Source of the DNA: Myxococcota bacterium | Lineage (GTDB): Bacteria; Myxococcota_A; UBA796; UBA2385 | DNA: 64,000 nt | Direction: 5' to 3' | Assembly: GCA_044344255.1 (NCBI GenBank) | Contig: JBIJDH010000006.1 | Coordinates: 235,524-299,523, forward strand | Part shown: piece by piece, positions 8,259 to 18,103 of the stretch | Layout: every line of letters starts with the position of its first letter | How positions within the stretch are numbered: the first letter of the stretch is position 1 | Notes under the pieces: model-generated | Told to the model about the DNA's origin: nothing | Databases searched by the model: none | The model's input: only the letters and a program-made list of their open reading frames with translations | Program-made: the position numbers and the translations under genes

Positions 8259-10002
8259 TCACAAGGGTGGGGAGCCGAGGGCCTGAAGGTGCGAGACGAC
8301 ATCGACGCCGCGGAGGTGGCCGCCGAGGTCCTGGGCTCCCCAAGCCTGGACATGGGCGACCAGGCAGATCAGGGAGCCGAGGACCGCGACGACGGCCTCT
8401 CTTCGAGACGCGCGGCGAAGGAGGCGCTGGAGGCGGCTGTTGAATCGCTCGACCGAGGTTCGCTCATTGTAGTGGTAAGTTGTAGTCGAGCTTCCACGCC
8501 TCTGAGTCACGGGGTGGGCTTCCGGTGAGGCGGAAGTCCTCGGTCGCGCGAGTGTGGGCCAGCGGTCCCATCACGGAGTCGGGCTCACAGAGCCTGTGCA
8601 GCGGGCAGTCGTCGAGGTGCACCTTGAACGTGTATCGGCCGTCGGTGTGCGTGGGCCGCTTACAAGGGCAGTTGAAGGTGGTTTGCTGGTACCTGGCGTC
8701 CCAGCCATGCAGGCGCATCTTCGCCCCACCCGGGCAGTTGGGGTAACCGTTGATGTCCAGATCGAGGGAGCTGGCGACCGTGGCGATGTCTGTAGGGTTC
8801 GCCAAGGGAATCCGGGGCTGGATGTCGAGCTCATGAAGGAGCTCATAGACCGGGATGGCGTCATATCCCCTGTCCGCGGTGAGCTTCTCGAGCCGGAGGC
8901 CCCCTGTGTCGTTGTTCTTCTCCTTTTCATTACGGTGATACCCGACGAAGTCGCAGATGAGGTCAATTCCCATCAGGACATCGGGGATGTGGGCGGGGCA
9001 GGTCTCCAACCACAGGGGCAGCTCGTGATGTTCCGAGCGAGCGACCAGGAGCTGACCTCGAAAGCCGAAGGTCCAGCTGTTGTCGCTGGCGGAGCGCCCC
9101 CAGCGCGCGGTGGGCTCTGCGTAGAGGAGAGGAATGGATTTGGAGGGAACCAGCACGCCATCTTCGCCCCGCGGCCGGGGAGGGGATCCCGGGGGTCTGC
9201 GACCATCACCGCTGGCCTGGGAGGCGATGAGGGTGCCGTCGATCGCCCCGAATGCGAGCTCGGTGATGAGCTCACGGCGGAGCGACGGCGCCACACCTGC
9301 ACGGCTGAGGATGACGTTCAACCGCGGGGATGCGCGCGGCAGGGGGCTGGAGTTCAAGGAGAGGAGCTGTGCATCCAGGTGCGCTCGGGCCGCTCCGGTG
9401 CCCTCGCGGCTCTCGTCGCTCTCCTGGGCAAGGGTTCGGAGGAAGGATGCGCGACGATGTTGGCGCTCGGCACGCTTCCGTTCGAGGCCCGTGCGCATGC
9501 CGGCGTCACTCGGGGGGCTCGTTCCGGAAGCAGGCGCGGACCTGGCCGGAGGCTCGTGCGCGGGGTCGCCCTCCAGGGCGCCGGTTGCCTCCGACTGCGC
9601 GCGTCCCAGGACCTGCGACCGATCCGCCGCTCTCAGTCGGTAGATGAAGCTGTACAGGGTGGCCACTCCGGGTGGCGAGTGCCCTTCCGGGATCCCACAA
9701 GCTCTGCATAGAGCTGGGCTCTTCTGGAGTTCAAGGACCCATCGGTTGATCCCGTGGTGGCCGAGCGCTTCCATCGTCATGAGCACCTGGAGCTTGACCA
9801 CCGGCTCCAGCATCGGCTTGCCACCATGATGGTCCTCTCGGTACAGCCCGGTGAGGAGCGGGCGCACCTGCTCCGGGTCGTAGGAGGGGAGACCGGCAAA
9901 GTAGGTGGGTGCCTGATCAAGGGCGGGGGCCCCCAAGCCCAGCAGGGAAGCCACAGAGGGCGCGTTTGCGGCGTGAGTCTCAGGGGGGTGTGGCTCCCAC
10001 AT
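8259..10002 (-). pseudogene. DDE transposase frameshifted by a 13-bp insertion near 8474-8486
   Basis: AIDGTL, ARWG, TADRGYD, CPGGAKM motifs in 8464-10002; the YNERTSVERFNSRL motif with the catalytic Glu lies in another frame (8259-8510). Confidence 0.8.
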
Positions 10003-10054
10003 GGAGCGAAGCGCTCACACCGCCTGCCAGGTGCCCCCTGCGGCGCTCCGGCGT

Positions 10055-10189
10055 CCCCCTCCGCCGCCGATGCGGCGGCACCTCCCCCATAGGATGGGGG
10101 AGGCTGAAGCCGCAGTTGTTCCTGCATCTGCCTCCCTCATCCGAAGGGGGAGGTGGCGCTCCCTGTCGGGCGCCCGGCGCGGGAGGGGG
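10055..10189. repeat. inverted pair of REP-like palindromic units (BIME-like)
   Basis: CCTCCCCCATAGGATGGGGGAGG (10081-10103) and CCTCCCTCATCCGAAGGGGGAGG (10131-10153), each with a flanking GC stem, in opposite orientation. Confidence 0.5.
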
Positions 10190-10467
10190 ACCCCTGGAGG
10201 CGAACGATATGGCTCCGCTCAACGACAGATCCACACCCGGTCACGCCAGGCGTACGAGGGCCCCCCCGCGGTCAAAGAGCGCAAGGGCCTGCCCTCCGGC
10301 ACCTGCCGCCAGTCCAGGGCGCAGGACCCACTCACGACGCCGGTCTGGCGCCCATGTCCTCATGCCTTTCTGGCCCCGTGCCGCTCAGAGGAGCGAAGCG
10401 CCCCCTCAACCGGAGCGGATGAACCCGGAGCCACACGCCCCAGACCGCTCTTCGACCCTGGCTCCGC

Positions 10468-12033
10468 TCAGGCGCCGCGGAGGTGCAGCACCCGGCCGTC
10501 TACCTCCAGCTCCTCCGCCCAGAGGCGCTCCTCCCAGCTCTTCCCGGCGCGCTGGTCGAAGATCCAGAGCCAGCCCTCTCGGAGGCCGTGGGTGTCGAGG
10601 TAGCCGGAGAGCTGCTGCACCCCGTCCTGCTTCACCTTCTCGAAGCGATAGCCGCCGTCAAAGACACGCTTCAGCTCGATGGCGTGGCGTTCGCCCCGAT
10701 ATTCGACGAGGAGGTCTATCCGGCCGCGACCGGCGGCGTACTCTCGGGTGATGGTGCCGCCGCCATTGACCACCTTCTGAAGGAAGGCCATGAGCGCGAT
10801 GTGCGGGACGGCCTCGAGGTAGCCGCGGTCTGCGCTCCGCTCGACCATCTCGGCGTTCTCGCGCCACCAGGCGGTGAAGGCCAGGCTGAGGGCGGGCAGG
10901 TCGAGGCCGCCTGCTGCGGTCTTCCAGGGCCACCAGGGCAGGGGGAGGTTCTCCTGTTCGTTGAGGGTCAACTGGCGGGCGAGGACCTCGCGATAGAGCG
11001 GGTTCGCCATCTCGGCGCCATGGGCGCGTTGAATCACCAGACCGAGATCGAGGCAGTACTGGAAGCCGTCGGTGTCGGTTTCGATGTCTCCGTCACCGAG
11101 GAGGATTCGCTGGAGGACGGCGGCGACTCGCTCCTCTCGGAGTCGCTCGGCGAGCGAGTCAAGGTGGGTGGTGCGGGAGGGCATGAGGCGGTCCACGGCT
11201 CGGTCTACCTCGACCGCGGTGATGGGCAGGTCGCGGTCGGGGTCCCGCTCGGACACGCAGAGATGGGCGATGGCGTTGGTGAGGAAGGGCTGGCCATGCC
11301 CCCAGTGGAAGATCCGCTCGACGGCGCGGGGATGGAATTCCTGTCCGGTCTCTTCGGTGTGCTGCGACAGGAGCGCAGCGACCTCGGCCTCGTTGAAATT
11401 GCGCAGCGTGAGAGGCTCCGCTGTAATATTGAAGGGAGTGCGCGGGTAGACCCGGCCGCTGCGGCTGGCCTTCGTCTGAATGACGCGCGGGTCTCTCATG
11501 CCGATGAGGCCGACGGTGACGGGGAAGGCGCCCGGCCTGCGGCCGACGAAGCCGTCGCGGAGCTGACTGAGCAGGCTCACGAGGGCGGGGCCGCTCACCA
11601 CGTCGGCCTCGTCGAGGAGGAGCACCACCGGGCGCGGCGTCGAAGCGGCCCAGGCCTGGAGGTACGCGAAGAGGCGTCCGCCGGGGCTCTGTGGGAGGAA
11701 GGGCTCCGCGGGCGGCGGCCGGTCACCTTCCGGGAGCACCTGGGCCCGGTGGGCGATGGACTCTATCCAGAGGGGCTCGGCGGAGCCGGTGTCCTCGACG
11801 CCCTGGCTCCGCTCCAGGCTGGCCCAGACCGCCGCGTAGCCGGCCGCGCGGAGGCGCTCGGCGAAGGCGCGCATCGCCGTGGTCTTGCCCGTCTGCCGCG
11901 GCGCGTGGACCACGAAGTACTGCTCGCGCTCGACATACGGGAGGAGCTCCGGCAGGCGGGCCTCGGCGGGGAGCATGTAGTGCCGCCTGGGGTCGCAGGG
12001 GCCGGTGGTGTTGAAGAAGCGGCGCATCGGCAC
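10468..12033 (-). CDS. AAA-like P-loop ATPase with C-terminal PD-(D/E)XK nuclease-like domain (copy 1)
   Basis: FNTTGPC N-terminus, APRQTGKTT Walker A, LLLDEAD Walker B, REYAAGRGRIDL...IELK C-terminus; start may be ATG 12027. Confidence 0.85.
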   Translation of the reverse strand: MPMRRFFNTTGPCDPRRHYMLPAEARLPELLPYVEREQYFVVHAPRQTGKTTAMRAFAERLRAAGYAAVWASLERSQGVEDTGSAEPLWIESIAHRAQVLPEGDRPPPAEPFLPQSPGGRLFAYLQAWAASTPRPVVLLLDEADVVSGPALVSLLSQLRDGFVGRRPGAFPVTVGLIGMRDPRVIQTKASRSGRVYPRTPFNITAEPLTLRNFNEAEVAALLSQHTEETGQEFHPRAVERIFHWGHGQPFLTNAIAHLCVSERDPDRDLPITAVEVDRAVDRLMPSRTTHLDSLAERLREERVAAVLQRILLGDGDIETDTDGFQYCLDLGLVIQRAHGAEMANPLYREVLARQLTLNEQENLPLPWWPWKTAAGGLDLPALSLAFTAWWRENAEMVERSADRGYLEAVPHIALMAFLQKVVNGGGTITREYAAGRGRIDLLVEYRGERHAIELKRVFDGGYRFEKVKQDGVQQLSGYLDTHGLREGWLWIFDQRAGKSWEERLWAEELEVDGRVLHLRGA

Positions 12034-12049
12034 GGGCTAACCCGGCCGC

Positions 12050-13618
12050 TCAGGCGCCGCGGAGGTGCAGCATCCGGCCGTCTACCTCGAGCTCCTCGGC
12101 CCAAAGGCGCTCCTCCCAGGTGCGGCCTTCGCGTTGGTCGAAGATCAGGAGCCAGCCGTGTCTCTCGCCGACGGTGTCGAGGTACCGACAGAGCTGCCGA
12201 ACGCCGGCCTCTCGGACCCGCGCGGGCGCGTCGTGCGCGGGCCGCACCCGCTTGAGCTCGATGACGTGCCGCTCGCCGCAGTACTCGACGAGGAGGTCTA
12301 TTGCCCCGCGGGCGCCGGCGAACTCGCGGGTGACCCGGCCGCCGCCGTTGACCACCTTCTGGAGGAAGGCCATGAACGTGATGTGGGGGAGGGCCTCGAG
12401 GTAGCCTCGGTCTGCGCGGCGCTCCAGCATCTCGGCGTTCTCGCGCCACCAGGTGAGGAAGGCGGCGATGAGCACCGGCATGTCGAGGCCACCCTGCGCC
12501 GTCTTCCAGGGCCACCAGGCCTCGGGCAGGACGGCCAGCGTGGGCCCCAGCAGGGCCCGAATGAAGAGCTCTCGATAGAGGGGATTGGCGATCTCGGCCT
12601 TGTGGGCTCCGTGCTGCCCCAGCCCAATGCCGACGACCTGGTCAAAGTCTGCGCCAGAATAGTCGAGGGTCTGATCGCCGAGGAGGAGGGCCTGCAGAAC
12701 CGGGGCGACCGCGGGCCGCCAGAGCCAATCGGTGACGGAGAGGCGGGCGCCGTCTTCGGCCTGAAGGATGTCTTCGACGGCCCGGTCGATACAGGCGGCG
12801 GTGATCGAGAGGGTCCGGACCGGTGTGATCTTCTGGGTCACTCGGTCGGCGAGCAGGTCGGTGAGGGCCGCCTGACCCTGCCCCCAGTGGTAGACCCGTT
12901 CGGCGGCCTCTGGCGTGAAGGGCTGCCCTGTCTCCCGGTGGTGCTGGTCGAGGAGCTCCCTCACCTCTTTCGGCGTGAAGGGCCGAATGGACAAGGTGTC
13001 CGCCCGAATATTAAAGGCGTCGACCGCGCTGAAGGGCGCCCCCTGCCGATCGTGGGCCCTGTAGTGGGAGAGGTCAAGCTCCCCGATCAGGGCGAGGCAC
13101 ACGGGGAATCTCCCAGGTCCGCGGTCCATGAAGCCAGCGCGGAGCTGAGCCAGCAGGCTCAGGAGCGCGGGGCCACCGACCCCGTCCGCGTCGTCCAGGA
13201 AGAGCACCACCGCGCGCGGCGCGACGGCAGCGCTCCAGCGCATCAAGTAGGACCGGAGCCGGGTGCCGGCGGTGTGGCCGGTCCAAGGTGCAGCAGAGGG
13301 CGGTCGCAGGGGCTCATCGAGCTCCGCTCCGCCGTCGTGAATCGCGTTCAGCCAGAGCATCTCCGCGGAGGCGGTCTCGTCTATCCCTCGCGCCGCCGCC
13401 AAGGACACGCACAGGGCCACCGTGCCTGCGGCGCGGAGCTCCTCCGCGAAGGCGCGCATCGCCGTGGTCTTGCCGGTCTGTCGGGCGGCGTGAACCACGA
13501 AGTAGAGCTGCTGCTCGACGAAGGGGAGGAGGTCCGGCAGCCGGGCTCGCGGCGGCAGCATGTAGTGCCGGGCGGGGTCGCAGGGGCCGGTGGTGTTGAA
13601 GAAACGAGGCATGGGCAT
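12050..13618 (-). CDS. AAA-like P-loop ATPase with C-terminal PD-(D/E)XK nuclease-like domain (copy 2, diverged core)
   Basis: Paralogue of the adjacent gene; AARQTGKTT, Walker B LFLDDAD, REFAGARGAIDL...IELK. Confidence 0.85.
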   Translation of the reverse strand: MPMPRFFNTTGPCDPARHYMLPPRARLPDLLPFVEQQLYFVVHAARQTGKTTAMRAFAEELRAAGTVALCVSLAAARGIDETASAEMLWLNAIHDGGAELDEPLRPPSAAPWTGHTAGTRLRSYLMRWSAAVAPRAVVLFLDDADGVGGPALLSLLAQLRAGFMDRGPGRFPVCLALIGELDLSHYRAHDRQGAPFSAVDAFNIRADTLSIRPFTPKEVRELLDQHHRETGQPFTPEAAERVYHWGQGQAALTDLLADRVTQKITPVRTLSITAACIDRAVEDILQAEDGARLSVTDWLWRPAVAPVLQALLLGDQTLDYSGADFDQVVGIGLGQHGAHKAEIANPLYRELFIRALLGPTLAVLPEAWWPWKTAQGGLDMPVLIAAFLTWWRENAEMLERRADRGYLEALPHITFMAFLQKVVNGGGRVTREFAGARGAIDLLVEYCGERHVIELKRVRPAHDAPARVREAGVRQLCRYLDTVGERHGWLLIFDQREGRTWEERLWAEELEVDGRMLHLRGA

Positions 13619-13715
13619 TGCCTAACCAGCGGAGCTGACCCGAGGGCCGCGGGATCGTGCGCCGCGGTGGTGACAGCGCGGGCCGCCGCCGGTGTCTCGG
13701 TGGGAGAGGTGTTCG

Positions 13716-14495
13716 ATGTCCCCGTCCCGTTCCTGGTCGTGGCTCCCGGCCGCGCTGCTGCTGCTCTCGCTCCCCGCGCGTGCCACATGGTCGGTCGTCG
13801 CCGTCGATGAGGAGACCGAGGAGGTGGGCATCGCCGGCGCCACCTGCGGGCCGATGGTGTGGTTCATCGCCGGGCTCGTGCCGGGTGAGGGCGTGATCGC
13901 GGCCCAGTACGCCACCTCTCGCCACGAGCGAGAGACCGGGGAGGACCTGCTGCGCGAGGGGGAGCGCCCCGCCGCGGTCTTGAAGGCGCTGCGGGCCCAG
14001 GACGAGGACGCGGCGCTGCGCCAGTACGGCATCGTCGCCCTCGGGGAGGCGCCTGTCACCTTCACCGGGGGCGAGGTGGAGGGGCCGGCGCTCACGGTGG
14101 AGGGTGAGGGGTGGACCGCCCAGGGCAACACGCTCGCCTCGGAGGCGGTGGTGGAGGCCGCGGCGGCGGTGATGGAGGCCGGGGAGGGGAGCCTCGCCGA
14201 CCGGCTGATGGAGGCGCTCGAGGCCGGGGCCGCCGAGGGGGGCGACGCGCGCTGTGCGCCCGAGGACGCCGCCAAGAGCGCCTTCCTCTACGTGGCCGAG
14301 CCCGGGGACCGCGCGCACGAGCCCACGGTGGAGGTGCGGGCGAGCGGGGCCGGGGCGGTCGAGGAGCTGGCGGGTGACTACGCGGCCGGGAACATGTCGT
14401 GCAGCGCCGTGGGCGGAGTGAGGGCCGGCGGGCTGGGGCTCCTCTGGGCCGTCATGCTGGGCGGTCTGTCGCGGCGCCGGCCGCGTGGGCGATGA
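13716..14495 (+). CDS. DUF1028 (Ntn-hydrolase-like) secreted protein with MYXO-CTERM-like tail
   Basis: Signal peptide followed by TWSVVAVD, RQYGIV, QGNTLA, GGDARC; C-terminal SCSA...hydrophobic...RRRPRGR. Confidence 0.8.
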   Translation: MSPSRSWSWLPAALLLLSLPARATWSVVAVDEETEEVGIAGATCGPMVWFIAGLVPGEGVIAAQYATSRHERETGEDLLREGERPAAVLKALRAQDEDAALRQYGIVALGEAPVTFTGGEVEGPALTVEGEGWTAQGNTLASEAVVEAAAAVMEAGEGSLADRLMEALEAGAAEGGDARCAPEDAAKSAFLYVAEPGDRAHEPTVEVRASGAGAVEELAGDYAAGNMSCSAVGGVRAGGLGLLWAVMLGGLSRRRPRGR

Positions 14496-14702
14496 CACGC
14501 GGGCACTGGGGATCGGCGGCCCATGGGTCGCCGGTGAGGTGGGCGGCGACGACGCGACAGGCGCCCCGACAGACCGCCCGATAGGGGCAGTCGCCACAGG
14601 GGAGGGGAGGGGCGGCGGCGCGGGCCCGCCAGGCGGTGAGGGTGGGGTCGGCCCGGCAGGGCGGCGGCGAAGGCGCTGGCGCCGGCGCTGGCCCGGCGGT
14701 GG

Positions 14703-15920
14703 TCACCAGCCCGACGTGTCGCAGTCCGGGTTGGAGTAGCTGGCCGCGCAGTCGGGGTGGCAGTCACTCTCCTCGATGGGCTCCACGGTCCCGCTCACGC
14801 GGGTCGCGTAGACGTCCTCGATCTCGATCGGCACACAATAGGACTCCCCGTCCGAGGTGCAGGCCTGACAGGCCGCGCCGAAGGCCTCGAGGAAGCTGCA
14901 GAGGTCGCGCGGGTCGGAGGTGCCCAGCAGGCCCTCGAGGGCCGCGCCCGCGCTCCGGGCGTCCATCTCGCCCACGATCTGGCTGAGGCCGAGCGTCTCG
15001 CCGTCGGCGGAGAAGACCCCGTAGAGCTGCAGGTCCTCGATCGGCAGGACGTCGCCGGTCCCCGAGTCGAAGCCGGGCACCGCCACCTCGACGCCCGGGG
15101 TGACGAAGGAGGGGGTGGTGGAGAAGTCGGCGGCGGGGAAGGGCTGCGAGGCGAAGCACATGTCCTGGCTGCCGGTGCTGTCGGCGTAGCCTCCCTCGAG
15201 GAGGAGCTCGGAGCTGGCCTCCCCCACGCCGAGGAGGAGCTCGCCGGACAGGAACTCGAACAGGAGGTCTCCCAGGCCGGCCGGCTCCTCCACCGAACCG
15301 GTGGAGAGGTCGAGGATGTAGGTGTAGCCGGTGGGATCGACCTCAAGGGGCAGGCCGAAGCTGCTCGGGGTGAAGAGCCAGGAGAAGGTGGCCTCCCCCT
15401 CGCACCACTCGACCGTGGCGGTGTGGGTGTCGCCGGAGGCGAGGTCGAGGTCGGGCGTGAACACCAGGGTGTCGCCGTCCCAGGCGCTCGTGCCGCTGAT
15501 GCTGGCGCCGGACTCGTCGACGAGGCCGATCACGGCAGAGTCGTCGCGGACGTTGAAGGTGACCATGAGGGGGTCGGAGGGGGAGATCGCCGCGTCGCTG
15601 TACTCGGGGAAGGCCGAGATCACGGAGGAGCGGCAGTCGGTGGTGCCGTCGGTGCCGTCGGCGCCGTCCGTCCCCCCGTCTGTCCCGTCGGTGCCGTCTG
15701 TCCCGTCGGTGCCGTCTGTCCCGTCGGTGCCGTCCGTCCCGTCGGTGCCCCCGGAGTCACCGCCTCCGTCGGCGCCGCTGTCCCCGCTGGGCGTGCCGGA
15801 GTCGGCGCCGCCGACGCGGCCGTCGCGGTCCTCATCGACCTTGTCGGGGGCACAGGCGAGGAACATTGACATTGACATTGACATTGAGAGGGCGAGAGCG
15901 GAGCGGTCGGGGCGGAGCAT
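14703..15920 (-). CDS. lipoprotein with (DGT)n linker, Ig-like (Big_5-like) domain and Cys-rich C-terminus (paralogue A)
   Basis: FLAC lipobox, DGT repeats, LVFTPDLDL motif, ends DCHPDC...NPDCDTSGW; GGAGG upstream of ATG 15920. Confidence 0.7.
   Translation of the reverse strand: MLRPDRSALALSMSMSMSMFLACAPDKVDEDRDGRVGGADSGTPSGDSGADGGGDSGGTDGTDGTDGTDGTDGTDGTDGTDGGTDGADGTDGTTDCRSSVISAFPEYSDAAISPSDPLMVTFNVRDDSAVIGLVDESGASISGTSAWDGDTLVFTPDLDLASGDTHTATVEWCEGEATFSWLFTPSSFGLPLEVDPTGYTYILDLSTGSVEEPAGLGDLLFEFLSGELLLGVGEASSELLLEGGYADSTGSQDMCFASQPFPAADFSTTPSFVTPGVEVAVPGFDSGTGDVLPIEDLQLYGVFSADGETLGLSQIVGEMDARSAGAALEGLLGTSDPRDLCSFLEAFGAACQACTSDGESYCVPIEIEDVYATRVSGTVEPIEESDCHPDCAASYSNPDCDTSGW
15642..15748. 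repeat. 9-bp coding tandem repeat encoding (DGT)n
   Basis: GTGCCGTCG/GTCCCGTCG units. Confidence 0.8.
15864..15887. repeat. (CATTGA)4 microsatellite inside a signal-peptide coding region (SMSMSMSM)
   Basis: Four perfect hexamers. Confidence 0.85.
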
Positions 15921-15960
15921 GGGTCCTCCAGGGCGCGCGGCGGGCGGCGGCGGGCCGCCC

Positions 15961-17154
15961 TCACCAGCCCGTGGTGTCGCAGTCGGGGTTGCTGAAGCTG
16001 GCGGGGCAGTCGGGGTGGCAGTCGTCGGCCAGCACTTCCTCGAGCGCGCCACCGGCGAAGGCGGCGCCGGTCACGCCCTCGATCTCGAAGTCGATGCAGT
16101 AGGCGGCGGCGTCGGAGCCACAGGCCACGCAGGGGATGCTGAAGAGGGCCGTAAAGTCGCAGATCTCGTCGGGATCGGAGGTGGCGACGAGGCCCTCGAC
16201 CGCCGCGCCGGCGATGCGCATGTCGACCGAGAAGGTCATCTCGCCGTCGTGGAAGGCCTGCCCGTCGGCGTCGATCACGCCGCCGAGCACGAACTCCTCG
16301 AGGGGGAGCGGCAGCTCGTCGGCGAAGGCGGTGCTGTCTCCCGGCAGGGTGACCGAGCGGGACGCGGTGAGGAAGCGCGGGTCGGTCGAGAAGTCGGCCT
16401 CGCCGAAGGCCTGGGTGGCCCGGCAGAGGTCTTGGGCGGCGAGGCCCGTGTCGGGCACCGCGCCCTGGAGCGTGAGCGTGTCGCCCGCGTCGGCGCTCAC
16501 GCCGAGCAGCAGGGGCAGGTTGAAGGCGGTGGCGAGGGTCTCCCCGACGCCGGCGGGCGCGGTCCAGGTGGCGGTGGCGAGGTCGATCGCCCAGGCTTGA
16601 CCGGTCAGGTCCACCGCGACCGGAGAGGAGGCGCTCCGCGTCGTGAAGCTCCAGGACTCGCCGCCCTCGGCGTTACACCAGGAGACCGCCGCCGTGAGCT
16701 CGGTGACCTCGGCGAGCGGGGCGGCAGGCGAGAAGACGAGGGTGGCGCCCTCCCAGGCGAGGGCCCCCTCCACCTCGACGCCGCGCTCGAAGAGCTTGAG
16801 GACCGCGGTCGTGTCCGCCTCGCTCAGCTCGGCGCGGACGGCGGAGTCGACGTCGACGTCGGTGGTGCCGTCGGCGGGGGTGGTGCTGAGGAGGGCCGTG
16901 GTGCAGCCGTCGGTGCCGTCGGTCCCATCGGTGCCGTCGGTCCCATCGGTCCCATCGGTGCCGTCGGTGCCGTCGGTGCCGTCGGTGCCGTCGGTCCCAT
17001 CGGTGCCGTCGGTGCCGTCTGCGCCCTCATCCCCGCCGCCGTCGCCGCCCTTGTCGGAGCCCCCCGCGCAGCCGCCGAGCGACACGAGGGACACGAGAGA
17101 CACGAGAGACAGGGCGAGGGTGCAGACCCGAGGGGAGGGGAGCCAGCTAGGCAT
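15961..17154 (-). CDS. lipoprotein with (DGT)n linker, Ig-like (Big_5-like) domain and Cys-rich C-terminus (paralogue B)
   Basis: LGGC lipobox, long DGT run, STTPADGTTDV and LVFSPAAPL motifs, ends NPDCDTTGW. Confidence 0.75.
   Translation of the reverse strand: MPSWLPSPRVCTLALSLVSLVSLVSLGGCAGGSDKGGDGGGDEGADGTDGTDGTDGTDGTDGTDGTDGTDGTDGTDGTDGTDGCTTALLSTTPADGTTDVDVDSAVRAELSEADTTAVLKLFERGVEVEGALAWEGATLVFSPAAPLAEVTELTAAVSWCNAEGGESWSFTTRSASSPVAVDLTGQAWAIDLATATWTAPAGVGETLATAFNLPLLLGVSADAGDTLTLQGAVPDTGLAAQDLCRATQAFGEADFSTDPRFLTASRSVTLPGDSTAFADELPLPLEEFVLGGVIDADGQAFHDGEMTFSVDMRIAGAAVEGLVATSDPDEICDFTALFSIPCVACGSDAAAYCIDFEIEGVTGAAFAGGALEEVLADDCHPDCPASFSNPDCDTTGW
16907..17019. repeat. 9-bp coding tandem repeat encoding (DGT)n
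   Basis: About 12 units of CGGTGCCGT/CGGTCCCAT. Confidence 0.8.
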
Positions 17155-17190
17155 GGGGATCCGAGGCGAAGGGTGGGGTTTGGAGGGCGC

Positions 17191-17919
17191 TCAGGCGCGG
17201 GTGGGCTCCCAGCGGACCTGCCGGAGGAAGCTCGCGTTCAGGTACTCCCGCTCGATCACGGAGGCCATCTCCTCGACGTCGCGGAACCGATCCCAGTCTA
17301 CTCGGATCACGGGCACCGTCTTGGAGATCGTCGCGATGAAGCGCTCGTACTCGGCGTGCAGCGCGCGGAGGTACTCGACCGTGATGCCGCTCTCGACGTC
17401 GCGGGCCCGCGAGCGGATGCGCTCGATCGAGCGCTCGGGCTTCACGTCGAGGTAGACGATGACGTTCGGCCGGCACATGAAGTTGCTCATGTTGCGGAAG
17501 AGCGAGAGGTAGGTGCGGTAATCGCGCTCCTCCATCAGCTTGAGGTCGACCAGCATCTTGGCGAAGACGGCGTCCTCGTAGATGGTGCGGTCTTGCACGC
17601 CGCCGCCGCCTCGCCAGATGATCTCCTGGTGCTGCTGGAAGCGGCGGTTCAAGAGGTAGATCTGGGTGGCGAAGGCGTAGCGGGCGGTGTCCCGGTAGAA
17701 GTCGGCGAGGTACTCGTTGTCGGCCACGGGCTCGTAGTAGACCGGCAGCTCGAGGTGGCGGCCCAGCGCCGCCGCCAGCGTGCTCTTGCCGGCGCCGATG
17801 ATGCCGGCGATGCCGATGAACAGCTCGCTCAGCCGCTCGGCGTGGGGGGCGGGGGCGGGGGCGGGCGCGGCGGGCGCGGCGGGTGCGGCAGGGACAGGCT
17901 CGGGCGGCTTCTCGGACAC
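17191..17919 (-). CDS. deoxynucleoside kinase family protein
   Basis: GIIGAGKST P-loop, YEPV, QDRTIYED..F, RIRSRARDVE lid. Confidence 0.9.
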   Translation of the reverse strand: MSEKPPEPVPAAPAAPAAPAPAPAPHAERLSELFIGIAGIIGAGKSTLAAALGRHLELPVYYEPVADNEYLADFYRDTARYAFATQIYLLNRRFQQHQEIIWRGGGGVQDRTIYEDAVFAKMLVDLKLMEERDYRTYLSLFRNMSNFMCRPNVIVYLDVKPERSIERIRSRARDVESGITVEYLRALHAEYERFIATISKTVPVIRVDWDRFRDVEEMASVIEREYLNASFLRQVRWEPTRA

Positions 17920-18103
17920 GGCGGGGACCCTCCGACAGGGCCAACGGCCTATCTCGGCGCGGCTCCGGCAGCCCCGACGACCGTCGGAGCCGGCTCCAGG
18001 GAGCGGCCGGAGTTCACGGATTCGTTGCCGCCCCCAGCCCTCGGTGGTGGTGGGGGGCGGCCCCCCGTGGTACCGCTCCGCTCGCCTCGCTCAGGAGAGA
18101 CCC

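Larger units (their letters stand above)
8157..10460 (-). mobile_element. second insertion sequence (~2.3 kb), boundaries tentative
   Basis: CAGAGTCGAA (8157-8166) vs reverse complement of TTCGACCCTG (10451-10460), 9/10 match; encloses a DDE transposase; no TSD. Confidence 0.55.

Noticed and set aside
8136..10275. GCGGTCAA direct repeat (8136-8143 and 10268-10275) as the TSD of the second IS
   Set aside because: No inverted repeats adjoin these copies; better TIR candidates lie at 8157 and 10460
3732..10460. CRISPR-associated transposon (CAST) or composite transposon carrying the array
   Set aside because: No tnsB/tnsC/tniQ; the two ISs are unrelated, with different TIRs and no shared TSD; csx17 is broken, which indicates damage rather than co-option
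10468..13618. Diversity-generating retroelement acting on the ATPase paralogues
   Set aside because: No reverse transcriptase in the window, and the differences are not adenine-specific template/variable repeat pairs
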